A stretch of DNA of 64,000 bases from Mobula hypostoma. Its lineage: Eukaryota. The position numbers and the translations under genes are program-made. The DNA is taken from positions 13,144,001-13,208,000 of the forward strand of contig NC_086097.1 in assembly GCF_963921235.1 (NCBI RefSeq). Direction: 5' to 3'. Shown piece after piece: positions 26,446 to 38,449 of this stretch; position 1 is the stretch's first letter, and each line of letters begins with the position of its first letter. Below the pieces are notes generated by a model that did no database searches, was not told the DNA's origin, and worked only from the letters and a program-made list of their open reading frames with translations.

Positions 26446-27204
26446 ATGTAAATGAGCCCGGAAACACTACTCAGAGAAATTTCATTTGTAAAGATGAGAC
26501 ATTAAATGCAAGATGACTTCAAGGCCATTGAAGCTTCTGTGGCTTGGAAGTTCTAACCTAACAGAGAACAAGCAATGTTTCCAGTACAGATAGACCACTC
26601 TGAAAACTGTTTGCCTTTTGATTCTTGAATAAGACAGAGATACTCTATAAATCTGTCCATTTCTATCACTATGCATCTTCTATCTACAAACACAAATAAA
26701 TGTATGTCAACATCTCAAGGGGTGTCTTCTTTACAAGTGACATTGGAGCATTTTGCATAGGTTGGTTCAAAGTTTCAAAGATACATTTAATGTCAGAGAA
26801 ATGTATACAATATATATCCTGAAATACTTTTTCTTTGCAACCAACCACGAAAATAGAGGAGGACCCCCAAAGAGTGGACGACAGTTAAATATTAGAACCA
26901 CAAAGTCCCGCCCAGCTCCCCTCCCTCCTGTAAGCAGCAGAAAGCCACCATCCTCCCTCCTCCCACCTGCAAAAAGAGCAGCGGCACCCGCCACCGAGAT
27001 TCCAAGCGTGAGCAAGGCAACAGCAAAGACACAGACTTGCAGTACTCCATAGACTACATTGCTCACCTGGTATTCGACATGCCACAGACTCTCTCTCTCT
27101 CCCTAATAATCCTGTTGATTTTTAATTTTGGCTATATGAAATATAATGCTCATTATTTTCACCTGTGAATTTCTTACCATCATGAAAGGCTAAATGGATA
27201 CACA

Positions 27205-27670
27205 GCACGATGCTGAGATGCATCTGGGCATGCGCTGAGACGCATCATCTGTGATGAAACTGAGGTCATCGGGTGTTTCAGGTCTTTCAACATCAGGCAC
27301 TCTCATTCAGATGACCCACCCAGGGTTGATCATGCCCTGGTTTGCGTCCTAGCAGCGCTGGTCCATGGAACACCCTTCTTGATCCTTAGCTCACTCAGCA
27401 GCCTCTGTAATGCTCCTAATGGCTCCTTTCATTGAAGCCCCCACAGTGCCAAGGAAGGAGTAGGCTCCGCAAAGCGAGCGGACAGGGAAACCTCTATAAC
27501 CCACCTCTATAAGCTGGCATTGTACCCTTCACCCCTTTCTCTTGCACTGATCTATCAGCTCCTGGTACTTAAACTTTCTTAAGCTAAGTGCTTTCTCAAT
27601 CCTGTGTTCCCAAGGAACTTTCGGTTCTACCGTGACCAACTGTTTCGAAGTTTTTGACAGCAAAATATCT
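27205..27670 (-). mobile_element. HERO-like (R2-group, restriction-like endonuclease) retrotransposon 3' fragment
   Basis: Minus translation DILLSKTSKQLVTVEPKVPWEHRIEKALSLRKFKYQELIDQCKRKG*RVQCQLIEVGYRGFPV...AIRSITEAAE matches the recalled HERO pattern 'ELTVPWE...K..KY..L...GW.....EVG.RGF', followed by a structured 3' UTR. Confidence 0.75.
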
Positions 27671-27789
27671 TAAGCACTAAAGATGCAAACTATGAAAAAT
27701 ATATTGGGGATGATAACAACTAATTCTACCCCTGTTACAGGAATACTTAGCTTCTGGCATGTTTTTTAGAACAATTAATATATTAACAC

Positions 27790-28175
27790 ATAAATGCAAG
27801 ACATTCTGTTAGCTACTGGAAATCCAGAGCAAGGCACAAAATGCTGGAGGAAATCTAAAGGTCAGGCAGCATCTACGAAGAGGAACTAATAGTCAATGTT
27901 TCAGGTTGAGACATTTCATCAGAACTGGAAAGGAATGGTGAAGATGCCAGAATATAAAGGTGGGTGGGAGAGGGGAGGGGAAGGAGAACAAGCAGGAAGG
28001 TGAAGCCAGGTGTGTGAGAAAGGGCAGGAGAAAAAGGAATCTGATAGGAGAGGAGAGTGAACCATGGAAGAAGAGGGAGAAAGGGTGGGGGGCACCATGG
28101 GGAGGTGCTAGGCAGGTAAGAGGCCATAGAGGAGAATAGAAGTAGAGGGAAGGTGGAGGGGAAAAGAAAAAAAGT
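27790..28175 (-). mobile_element. Penelope-like 3' UTR/pLTR with decayed hammerhead (27891-27927)
   Basis: Minus ccagttctgatgaaatgtctcaacctgaaacattgact. The plus strand is purine-rich. Confidence 0.75.
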
Positions 28176-29721
28176 CATAAGCTTTGTCTTATAAATATTG
28201 GTACAGTCCTCACTCACACACATGAGAAAAACACAATTCATTTACTTTGCCTGATTCAGCTGGGACTGAAACTTTTAAAGTTCTGTATTACTCTCCTCAC
28301 TGACCTTGATGTGAAATCCATTGTGGTGGACGAATAGAGGGAAAAAACATCCATGGCATACTTAACTCCATATGAATATTTCAGCGGCTGCCTCTTGGCT
28401 GAAAGTCTGGATAAAAGCCTTGCTTGGGGCATATTTAGGTTCGAAAGCTCCTCAGTACGGTACACTTAAAAGGAACCTTGCCACATCTCTAGATATTTGC
28501 CCTTTAGAAAGAGTCAAATATTACTGATGAAAGGCCAATTCAACCCCTCCCTTGCCAACAACATCCATATTCTCTTGTTGATATTATAGTTTTCACATGC
28601 CTCTTGAATAAAGTAATTAACTAACCAGACACTGTTTAATTAATTCATTCATGCAGATTAAAGGACTGCTCATTTTCTTTGTCATCCTATCTAAAAATTA
28701 TTTCAAAATGCTCAAAAATGATTTAATCCAAGTATTTGTAAAACATCATTCAAAACTCACCAAAGAATTCTGAATATTTTACTGAATTTTCATTCTTGAA
28801 GAAAAGTAAGTCTTAAATCTTGAATCCTTACCTTCCATTGGTGCCTAACTCCTAAATTAAACTTAGACCTTTATCTGGCAAAATTGAATATTCTGGGCTA
28901 AGTGTACACCTTTTCATGGATACCAACAAAATGGAGAGCTCAGTAAGTCAGGCAGCATCTATGGAAGGGAATAAACTGTCAAGATTCAAGGTTGTTTAAT
29001 GCTATTTCCTGTACACAAGTGTAAGGGAGAGCAAAATAATTGTTACTCTGGATCCAATGCAGCACAAAAAAACACAATAAGATAAAGGACATAATAAATA
29101 TGAAGACCAAAGATAGCTAATATACCTTTTATAGAGGTTGATAGATTCTTGATTGGTCAGGGCATGAAGGGATACGGGGGGGAAGACAGGAGATTGTGGC
29201 TGAGAGGGAAATAGATGAAATGGCAGAAATGGGCCAAATGGCCTAATTCTTCTCCTATACCTTATGGTCTTATAATATAGATTGATTGTATGTTCATAAA
29301 GTGATGCTAGTCACAGGAGTGTCTGGACATATGGTGACTCTGACAGGAAATGATGAAGTAGTGGTTGTTGGTGGAGTGGAGGGGTGGGTTATTGGAGGTG
29401 TTGATCATATGAGAAGGGTGGATGAGATCATTACTGGCCCTTTTCAGGCACCTTTCTATATATATGTCCTTGATGGCTGGTACGCTGGTGCTGGTGATGT
29501 GTTGGGCAGTTCTGACTACCTGCTGTTATTTCAGACCAAGATCTTTCACGATACTCCCTAATTTGATGATTCCTCCAGCACTTTCTGTGTGTTGCTTTAG
29601 GTTTCCAGTATCTGTAGGCTTATCACAAACTGAATTGTCCAGCTCTAGTTGAATTGGATGTCATTAGCTCGCCTTCCCATCAAGAGATGCAAGCTGTTAG
29701 TGTCAACATACAATGGCTGAA

Positions 29722-29990
29722 TTCCTTATTTGCTTAACTCTTCCACCCCTACTGGAGCATAGGCTGCCATCAGCAGCTTGCCAGAGTTGCTCGTCCTGGG
29801 CCAGAATTTCAAGTTGTCCCCAGGAGTAGCCCATCTTCATGGTATCTAGGCAAAGATACTTCATCTCCCTAGGGTGAGGTCCTTGGAGCTTCTGTTGTTT
29901 CTGTAGCTCGAGGTTCTTATGGGATGGGGTTGATAGCTTCATGTCCAACCCTCCTCACTTCACAGCCATGTTTGGGACCATCGTTGGTGG
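29722..29990 (-). mobile_element. Short RTE-derived element (5' UTR piece joined to the ORF C-terminus)
   Basis: Minus 'YSWGQLEILAQDEQLWQAADGSLCSSRG' fits the RTE C-terminal W..AQDR..W....ALC pattern. It is preceded by gaggagggttggacatgaagctatcaacccc, which resembles an RTE 5' UTR. Confidence 0.6.
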
Positions 29991-31911
29991 ACTTAATGGC
30001 TTAATTAGAGAAATACTGTTGTGGTTAGTTGCTCAAAGAGTTTCCTCAGCTCTCTAAAACTATCCAGTGAAACTGAGGCAAGAACTTTGCTGCAGCTAAG
30101 AGACCTGAAAATCTTAACATGCCATTATGTACTGAAACATGGCAGCCTTCTTCCCTCTCCATGTGAAGTGATGTAGTCATGGTATTCGTGCTGAGGAATT
30201 CTAGAAACTTACAGCATAAGAGATCATTCAGCAACCCATGTCCAGAATATGGACTGTAAGTTAACTCCTCTTCCCAGATCCCAGTCTTCTGCCAAGTACA
30301 TTAAAATTCTTTTCCACTGGCCTGTACAAGCCAAGACTAGACAAAGTAGTTTAATGTCATTTCCAGTACACAAGTGTAAGGGAGAATGAAATAATTGTTC
30401 CTCTGGATCTGATAGAGCAGAATAAGACAAAGAACACAATAATTAAAAATAGATATAAATACATAAGGTAACTTATATACATAGATTGATTGAATCTCCA
30501 TAAAATGATACTAGGTACAGGAGTGTCTGTACTTAAGGTGACTCTGACAGGAAATGATAAAATAGTGGTGATGTGTGGGGCGGGCGTGTGGAAGGGTGGG
30601 TTAGTGTGTGGAGGTGTTGATAAGCCTTACAGCTTGGGGAAAGTAACTGTTTCTCAAACAGTCCATGAGCAGGGTGGCTGGGATCCTTTATGATGTTACT
30701 GGCCCTTTCCTGGCACCTTTCTGTACTTACGGGCATCCATACAAATGATCTTGGCCTGAAACATCGATGTTGCCTCTGTGTGTTGCTCCTGATTTCCAGC
30801 ATCTGGCACAATCACTTGTGTTTAGGCAGTCAGCACCACGGCCAACAAGGAACAGAGAATGAATGTTGGTCTTCTTAGTGATATCTTGGAGATCCGTATG
30901 TCTTTGGACTATGTGAGGAAACCAGAGCACCCTGAAGAAACCAATGCAGTCACAGGGAGAACATACAAAGTCCTAACAGATAGAAGCGGGAATTGAACGC
31001 GGGCTGTGGAGGCTGTACCACCCCTCAATTTTAAAATTCCTCATAAATCTCCTCTGCATCTACTGCTTTCAAAATTATCTTAATATCAAAAACTGCTTTG
31101 ACAAGTCAGGATTTTTAAAATCAGATCCCCTCTTGGATTTTTATTTTACTGTATTACTTTGATCTTCAGATGAAGATGAAGATCAGGTGGAGGAGCAACA
31201 TCAGCCACAGCAGGAGCATGGAACCAGGTGTGGCAACAATTTGCTCACAGGCAAGGATCTCCACATCAGAGAATGGAACAGCAGGCAGGCGTAAACATCA
31301 GGAGGTCTTTCTTACCACATGAGGGATACAACCAAAAGTTAACTATCATCAATGTTATGGAACAGGAGACCATTTCTCCCCATCCAATCAATGTAGAGAG
31401 GTCACCTCAATCCTAATCTTTCTCTCTTTGCCCTTGGCCCAGCAAGTTACAGAGTCAAAGAGTCAAAGTTCAAAGTGGATTTATTATCAAAGTACATGCA
31501 TGTCACCGTGTACAACCCTGAAATTTGTTTTCTTGTGGTCATTCATAGTAAATACAAAGAACAAAATGATGATGATGATGATGATAATAATAATAATAAT
31601 AATAATACATTAACAATAGATATTTAGAACATTAGATGAAAAATCTTTGAAAGTGGGTCCATAAGTTGTGGGAACATTTCAATGATGGGCTAAATAAATT
31701 TGATTGAAGTTATCCCCTCTGGTTCAAGAGCCTGATGATTCAGGGGTAATAATTGTTCCTGAACCTGGTGGTGTCACTCATGAGGCTCCAGTTCCTTCTT
31801 CCTGATGGCAGCAGCGAGAAACAAGCATGGTCTGTGTGGTAGAGGTCCGTTATCATGGATGCTGCTACACATGGAGCTATACAGCGTGGAAACCCATCTT
31901 ATTGAGCCCAA

Positions 31912-32097
31912 ACATGAGGAATCCTGCAGATGCTGGAAATTCAAGCAACACACATCAAAGCTGCTGGTGAACGCAGCAGGCCAGGCAGCATCTCTAGGAA
32001 GAGGTACAGTCGAGGTTTAGGGCCGAGACCCTTCGTTAGTCCTGAAACATTGACTGTACCTGTTCCTAGAGATGCTGCCTGGCCTGCTACGTTCATT
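31912..32097. mobile_element. Fold-back (inverted) Penelope-like terminal repeats
   Basis: Arm 31968-32021 is the near-perfect reverse complement of arm 32041-32095. The centre contains hammerhead remnants. Confidence 0.85.
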
Positions 32098-32519
32098 CAG
32101 CCCATCTAATCTATGCTGACCATGTTGCTTTGCTGAGCTAATCCTATTTGCCTGTGTTTCCACAATAGTCCTGTAAACTTTTCCTGTCCATATAACTGTT
32201 CAAATGTCTGTTAAATGTCATAACTGTATCTTCCTCTACCATTTCAACTTGTTCCGGGTCCTCATCACTCTCTGTATGAAAAATTGCTATTTTCTTTCAG
32301 TTGTCCTTCCAATACACCTCAGATTATGTCTATCACTTTTACAGGCGGTAACTTCTTGATTGATAATCCCCAGCATTTCAATGCTTTTATTTTATTTTAA
32401 TTTACCCTCCTCTGCATTTTCCTTATCACTTTAAACCTATGTTTCCTCGTCCTCTGAACATATGCTAGTGGAAATATTTTCTCCACACTTGCTCTTTTTC
32501 AATTCCCAACTCTGTCTCT

Positions 32520-32875
32520 CTCTTACTTAGTCTCTACTCCTCACCTGCCTATTACCTCCCCCCCCCCCCGGTGCCCCTCCTTCTTCCCTTTCTTCCATGG
32601 TCTACTCTCCTCTCCTACCAGATTCCTTCTCCATCCTTTTACATTTTCTACCTTTCACCTCTTAGTTCCTTCCTTCATTCCCCCCTCACCCACCCATCTG
32701 ACTTCACCCTTCACCTTCTAAAGTGTACTCCTATTTCCCCCACCTTTTATTCTGGCTTCTTCCCCCTTCCTTTCCAGTCCTGATGAAGGATCTTGGCCCA
32801 AATCGTTGACTGTTTATTCATTTCCATAGATGCTGCAAGACCTTCTGAGTTCCTCCAGCATTTTGCATGTGTTTC
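32520..32875 (+). mobile_element. Penelope-like 3' UTR/pLTR with decayed hammerhead (32775-32812)
   Basis: cagtc-ctgatga-aggatcttggccc-aaatc-gtt-gactg followed by gatgctgc...gagttcctccagcattttg. Confidence 0.8.
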
Positions 32876-33113
32876 TTGACACTTAACTTATCTAAACATA
32901 TCATAGCCTTGTAAACTTCGAACAAGTTTCCTCACAACCATTCAGGCATAGTATATTTTGGCAGATTAAGAAGAAATTATGAAACCCTCAACAAGGAATT
33001 TTGACACATTCATCAAAGGCAGTAAAGTCATCACTACCCAAGGCCTCTTTCACCTTGAAACCTGCCAGGATTCTGAACATTTTTAGATTTTAGAGATACA
33101 TCGCTGTAACAAG

Positions 33114-34679
33114 ATATAACCATATAACCATATAGCAATTACAGCACAGAAACAGGCCATCTCAGCTCTTCTAGTCTGTGCCGAACTCTTACTCTCACCT
33201 AGTCCCACCGACCTGCACTCAGCCCATAACCCTCCATTCCTTTCCTGTCCATATATCTATCCAATTTAACTTTAAACGACAACATCAAACCTGCCTCAGC
33301 CACTTCTGCTGGAAGCTCGTTCCACACAGCTACCACTCTTTGAGTAAAGAAGTTCCCCCTCATGTTACCCCCTAAACTTTTGCCCTTTAACTCTCAACTC
33401 ATGTCCTCTTGTTTGAATCTCCCCCATTCTCAATGGAAAAAGCCTATCCACATCAACTCTATCAATCCCCCTCATAATTTTAAGCACCTCTACCAAGTCC
33501 CCCCTCAACCTTCTACGCTCCAAAGAATAAAGACCTAACTTGTTCAACCTTTCTCTGTAACTTAGGAGATGAAACCCAGGCAACATTTTAGTAAATCTCC
33601 TCTGTACTCTCTCAATTTTATTGACATCTTTCCTATAATTCGGTGACCAGAACTGTACACAATACTCCAAATTTGGCCTTACCAATGCCTTATACAATTT
33701 CAACATTACATCCCAACTCCTATACTCAATTCTCTAATTAATAAAGGCCAGTAAACTAAAAGCTTTCTTCACCACCCTATCCACATGAGATTCCACCTTT
33801 AGGGAACTATGCACAATTATTCCTAGATCCCTCTGTTCTACAGCATTCTTCAATGCCCTACCATTTACCATGTATGTCCTATTTCGATTAGTCCTACCAA
33901 AATGTAGCACCTCACATTTTTCAGCATTAAACTCCATCTGCAATCTTTCAGCCCACTCTTCTAATTGGCCTAAATCTCTCTGCAAGCTTTGAAAACCTAC
34001 AAACGTACTTTATTATCCATAACACCACCTATTTTAGTATCATCTGCATACTTACTAATCCAATTTACCATCCCATCATCCAGATCATTAATGTATATCA
34101 CAAATAACATTGGACCCAGTACAGATCCCTGAGGCACACCGCCACACACCATCCTCCAATCTGACACAGTTATCCACCACTACTCTCTGGCGTCTCCCAT
34201 CCAGCCACTGCTGAATCCATTTTACTACTTCGATATTAAGGCCTAACGATTGAACCTTCCTAACTAACCTTCCGTGTGGAATCTTGTCAAAGGCCTTACT
34301 GAAGTCCATATAGACAACATCCACCACTTTATCCTCATCAACTTTCCTAGTAACCTCATCAAAAAATTCAATAAGATTTGTCAAGCATGACTTTCCACGC
34401 ACAAATCCATGTTGACTGTTTCTAATCAGACCCTGTCTATCCAGATAATTATATATACCATCTCTCAGAATACCTACATCAATATACCCACCACTGATGT
34501 CAAACTCACAGGCCGATAATTACTAGGTTTACTCTTAGAACCCTTTTTAAGCAATGTAACCACATGAGCAATACACCAATCCTCTGGCACCATCCCTGTT
34601 TCTAATGCCATTTGAAATATTTCTGTCAGAGCCCCTGTTATTTCCACACTAACTTCCCCTCAAGGTCCTAGGGAATATC
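33114..34679 (-). mobile_element. 5'-truncated CR1 LINE (RT region, frameshifted)
   Basis: Minus ORFs 'GKSCLTNLIEFFDEVT...YMDFSKAFDKIPH', 'EQRDLGIIV' and 'LYKALVRPNLEYCVQFWSP'. (ATATGGTT)n tail at about 33114-33135. Confidence 0.92.
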
Positions 34680-34854
34680 TTCCAGCCCAACAAGTCAATG
34701 CCATCCAATTACACCCAGGTGACTGTTGTGTACTTTAATATTTCAGTAAGAGTTGAGTAATTTTGTAAACATGTTGTTGATTAAACATTTTTTGTTTGTT
34801 TATGAGTTCTATGTATAAATACGTAAATTGCATACGTCATCATGTTCCCACATG

Positions 34855-35277
34855 TTCCCTGGTGCCAGGGTCCGGGATATTTCTGATCGTGTCCAAGATA
34901 TCCTGAAGTGGGAGGGTGAGGAGCCAGAGGTTGTGGTACATATAGGTACCAATGACATAGGTAGGAAAAGGGATGAGGTCCTGAAAGGAGAATATAGGGA
35001 GCTAGGAAGGGAGTTGAGAAAAAGGACCGCAAAGGTAGTAATCTCGGGATTACTACCTGTGCAACGCGACAGTGAGAGTAGGAATGCGATGAGGTGGAGG
35101 ATAAATGCGTGGCTGAGGGATTGGAGCAGGGGGAAGGGATTCAAGTTTTTGGATCATTGGGACCTCTTTTGGCGCAGACGTGACCTGTACAAAAAGGACG
35201 GGTTACACTTGAATCCTAGGGGGACCAATATCCTGGCGGGGAGATTAGCGGGGGCTACTGAGGTGACTTTAAACTAG
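34855..35277 (+). pseudogene. CR1 ORF1 C-terminal SGNH/GDSL esterase domain (5' truncated)
   Basis: FPGARV...VVVHIGTND...DGLHLNPRG are the SGNH block III and V motifs typical of CR1 ORF1. Confidence 0.88.
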
Positions 35278-35521
35278 AATGGTTGGGGGGTGGGAATCAA
35301 ATTAAAGAGGCTAGGCGTGAGGAGGTTAGTTCACAACAGAGGGATGGGAACCAGTGCAGAGAGACAGAGGGGTGTAAAGTGAGCATAGAAGCAAAAAGTA
35401 CAAAGGAGAAAAGTAAAAGTGGCAGGCCGACAAATCCAGGGCAAGCATTAAAAAGGGCCACTTTTCAACATAATTGTACAAGGGTTAAGAGAGTTGTAAA
35501 AGAGCGCCTGAAGGCTTTAGG

Positions 35522-38314
35522 CTCAATGCAAGGAGCATTCGTAATAAGGTGGATGAATTGAAAGTGCAGATTGTTATTAATGATTATGATATAGTTGGGA
35601 TCACAGAGACATGGCTCCAGGGTGACCAGGGATGGGAGCTCGACGTTCAGAGATATTCAATATTCAGGAGGGATAGACATGATGGAAGGGGAGGTGGGGT
35701 GGCGTTGCTGGTTAAAGAAGAGATTAACGCAATAGAAAGGAAGGACATGAGCCGGGAAGATGTGGAATCGATATGGGTAGAGCTGCGTAACACTAAGGGG
35801 CAGAAGACGCTGGTGGGAGTTGTGTACAGGCCACCTAACAGTAGTAGTGAGGTCGGAGATGGTATTAAACAGGAAATTAGAAATGTGTGCAATAAAGGAA
35901 CAGCAGTTATAATGGGTGACTTCAATCTACATGTAGACTGGGTGAACCAAATTGGTAAAGGTGCTGAGGAAGAGGATTTCTTGGAATGTATGCGGGATGG
36001 TTTTTTGAACCAACATGTCGAGGAACCAACTAGAGAGCAGGCTATTCTGGACTGGGTTTTGAGCAATGAGGAAGGGTTAATTAGCGATCTTGTCGTGAGA
36101 GGCCCCTTGGGTAAAAGTGACCATAATATGGTGGAATTCTTCATTAATATGGAGAGTGACATAGTTAATTCAGAAACAAAGGTTCTGAACTTAAAGAGGG
36201 GTAACTTTGAAGGTATGAGACGTGAATTAGCTAAGATAGACTGGCAAATGACACTTAAAGGATTGACGGTGGATATACAATGGCAAGCATTTATAGGTTG
36301 CATGGATGAACTACAACAATTGTTCATCCCAGTTTGGCAAAAGAATAAATCAAGGAAGGTAGTGCACCCATGGCTGACAAGAGAAATTAGGGATAGTATC
36401 AATTCCAAAGAAGTAGCATACAAATTAGCCAGAGAAAGTGGCTCACCTGAGGACTGGGAGAAATTCAGAGTTCAGCAGAGGAGGAAAAAGGGCTTAATTA
36501 GGAAGGGGAAAAAAGATTATGGGAGAAAACTGGCAGAGAACATAAAAACGGACTGTAAAAGCTTTTATAGATATGTAAAAAGGAAAAGACTGGTAAAGAC
36601 AAATGTAGGTCCCCTGCAGACAGAAACAGGTGAATTGATTATGGGGAGCAAGGACATGGCAGACCAATTGAATAATTACTTTGGTTCTGTCTTCACTAAG
36701 GAGGACATAAATAATCTTCCAGAAATAGTAAGGGACAGAGGGTCCAGTGAGATGGAGGAACTGAGTGAAATACATGTTAGTAGGGAAGTGGTGTTAGGTA
36801 AATTGAAGGGATTGAAGGCAGATAAATCCCCAGGACCAGATGGTCTGCATCCTAGAGTGCTTAAGGAAGTAGCCCAAGAAATAGTGGATGCATTAGTGAT
36901 AATTTTTCAAAACTCGTTAGATTCTGGACTAGTTCCTGAGGATTGGAGGGTGGTTAATGTAACCCCAATTTTTAAAAAAGGAGGGAGAGAGAAACCGGGG
37001 AATTATAGACCGGTTAGCCTAACGTCGGTGGTGGGGAAACTGCTGGAGTCAGTTATCAAGGATGTGATAACAGCACATTTGGAAAGCAGAGAAATGATCG
37101 GACAAAGTCAGCATGGATTTGTGAAAGGAAAATCATGTCTGACAAATCTCATAGAATTTTTTGAGGATGTAACTAGTAGAGTGGATAGGGGAGAACCAGT
37201 GGATGTGGTATATTTGGATTTTCAAAAGGCTTTTGACAAGGTCCCACACAGGAGATTAGTGTGCAAACTTAAAGCACACGGTATTGGGGATAAGGTATTG
37301 GTGTGGGTGGAGAATTGGTTAGCAGACAGGAAGCAAAGAGTGGGAATAAACGGGACCTTTTCAGAATGGCAGGCGGTGACTAGTGGGGTACCGCAAGGCT
37401 CAGTGCTGGGACTCCAGTTGTTTACAATATATATTAATGACTTGGATGAGGGAATTGAATGCAGCATCTCCAAGTTTGCGGATGACACGAAGCTGGGCGG
37501 CAGTGTTAGCAGTGAGGAGGATGCTAAGAGGATGCAGGGTGACTTGGATAGGTTGGGTGAGTGGGCAAACTCATGGCAGATGCAATTTAATGTGGATAAA
37601 TGTGAAGTTATCCACTTTGGTGGCAAAAATAGGAAAACAGATTATTATCTGAATGGTGGCCGATTAGGAAAAGGGGAGGTGCAATGAGACCTGGGTGTCA
37701 TTATACACCAGTCATTGAAAGTGGGCATGCAGGTACAGCAGGTGGTGAAAAAGGCGAATGGTATGCTGGCATTTATAGCGAGAGGATTCGAGTACAGGAG
37801 CAGGGAGGTACTACTGCAGTTGTACAAGGCCTTGGTGAGACCACACCTGGAGTGTTGTGTGCAGTTTTGGTCCCCTAATCTGAGGAAAGACATCTTTGCC
37901 ATAGAGGGAGTACAAAGAAGGTTCACCAGATTGATTCCTGGGATGGCAGGACTTTCATATGAAGAAAGACTGGATGAACTGGGCTTGTACTCGTTGGAAT
38001 TTAGAAGATTGAGGGGGGATCTGATTGAAACGTATAAGATCCTAAAGGGATTGGACAGGCTTGATGCAGGAAGATTGTTCCCGATGTTGGGGAAGTCCAG
38101 AACGAGGGGTCACAGTTTGAGGATAGAGGGGATGCCTTTTAGGACCGAGATTAGGAAAAACTTCTTCACACAGAGAGTGGTGAATCTGTGGATTTCTCTG
38201 CCACAGCAAACTGTTGAGGCCAGTTCATTGGCTATGTTTAAGAGGGAGTTAGATACGGCCCTTGTGGCTACAGGGGTCAGGGGGTATGGAGGGAAGGCTG
38301 GGGCAGGGTTCTGA
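35522..38314 (+). pseudogene. CR1 ORF2 (APE endonuclease and reverse transcriptase) with one internal stop
   Basis: LNARSIRNK, ITETWL, GGGVA, VYRPP, GDFN, SDHN, then RT motifs to FADDTK. In-frame TGA at 37685-37687 (CGA in the sister copy). Probable 1-nt deletion near 35520 separating 'RLKAL' from 'LNARS'. Confidence 0.92.
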
Positions 38315-38449
38315 GTTGGATGATCAGCCATGATCATAATAAATGGCGGTGCAGGCTCGAAGGGCCGAATGGCCTACTCCTGCACCTATTTTCTATGTTT
38401 CTATAATAAGCGCAGGCCTCACTTAGAGTAAACTGAGATAAATATAAAG

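Larger units (their letters stand above)
34850..38404 (+). mobile_element. Young near-full-length CR1 LINE (3' part of ORF1, ORF2, 3' UTR, (TTCTATGT)n tail)
   Basis: Contains esterase, APE endonuclease and RT domains. Near-identical by eye to 19553-21683 over the shared length. Confidence 0.95.

Noticed and set aside
27265..27300. Hammerhead-like text (CTGATG...GAAAC) in the HERO-like 3' UTR
   Set aside because: The core reads CUGAUGU rather than CUGANGA, and there is no stem II between the boxes.
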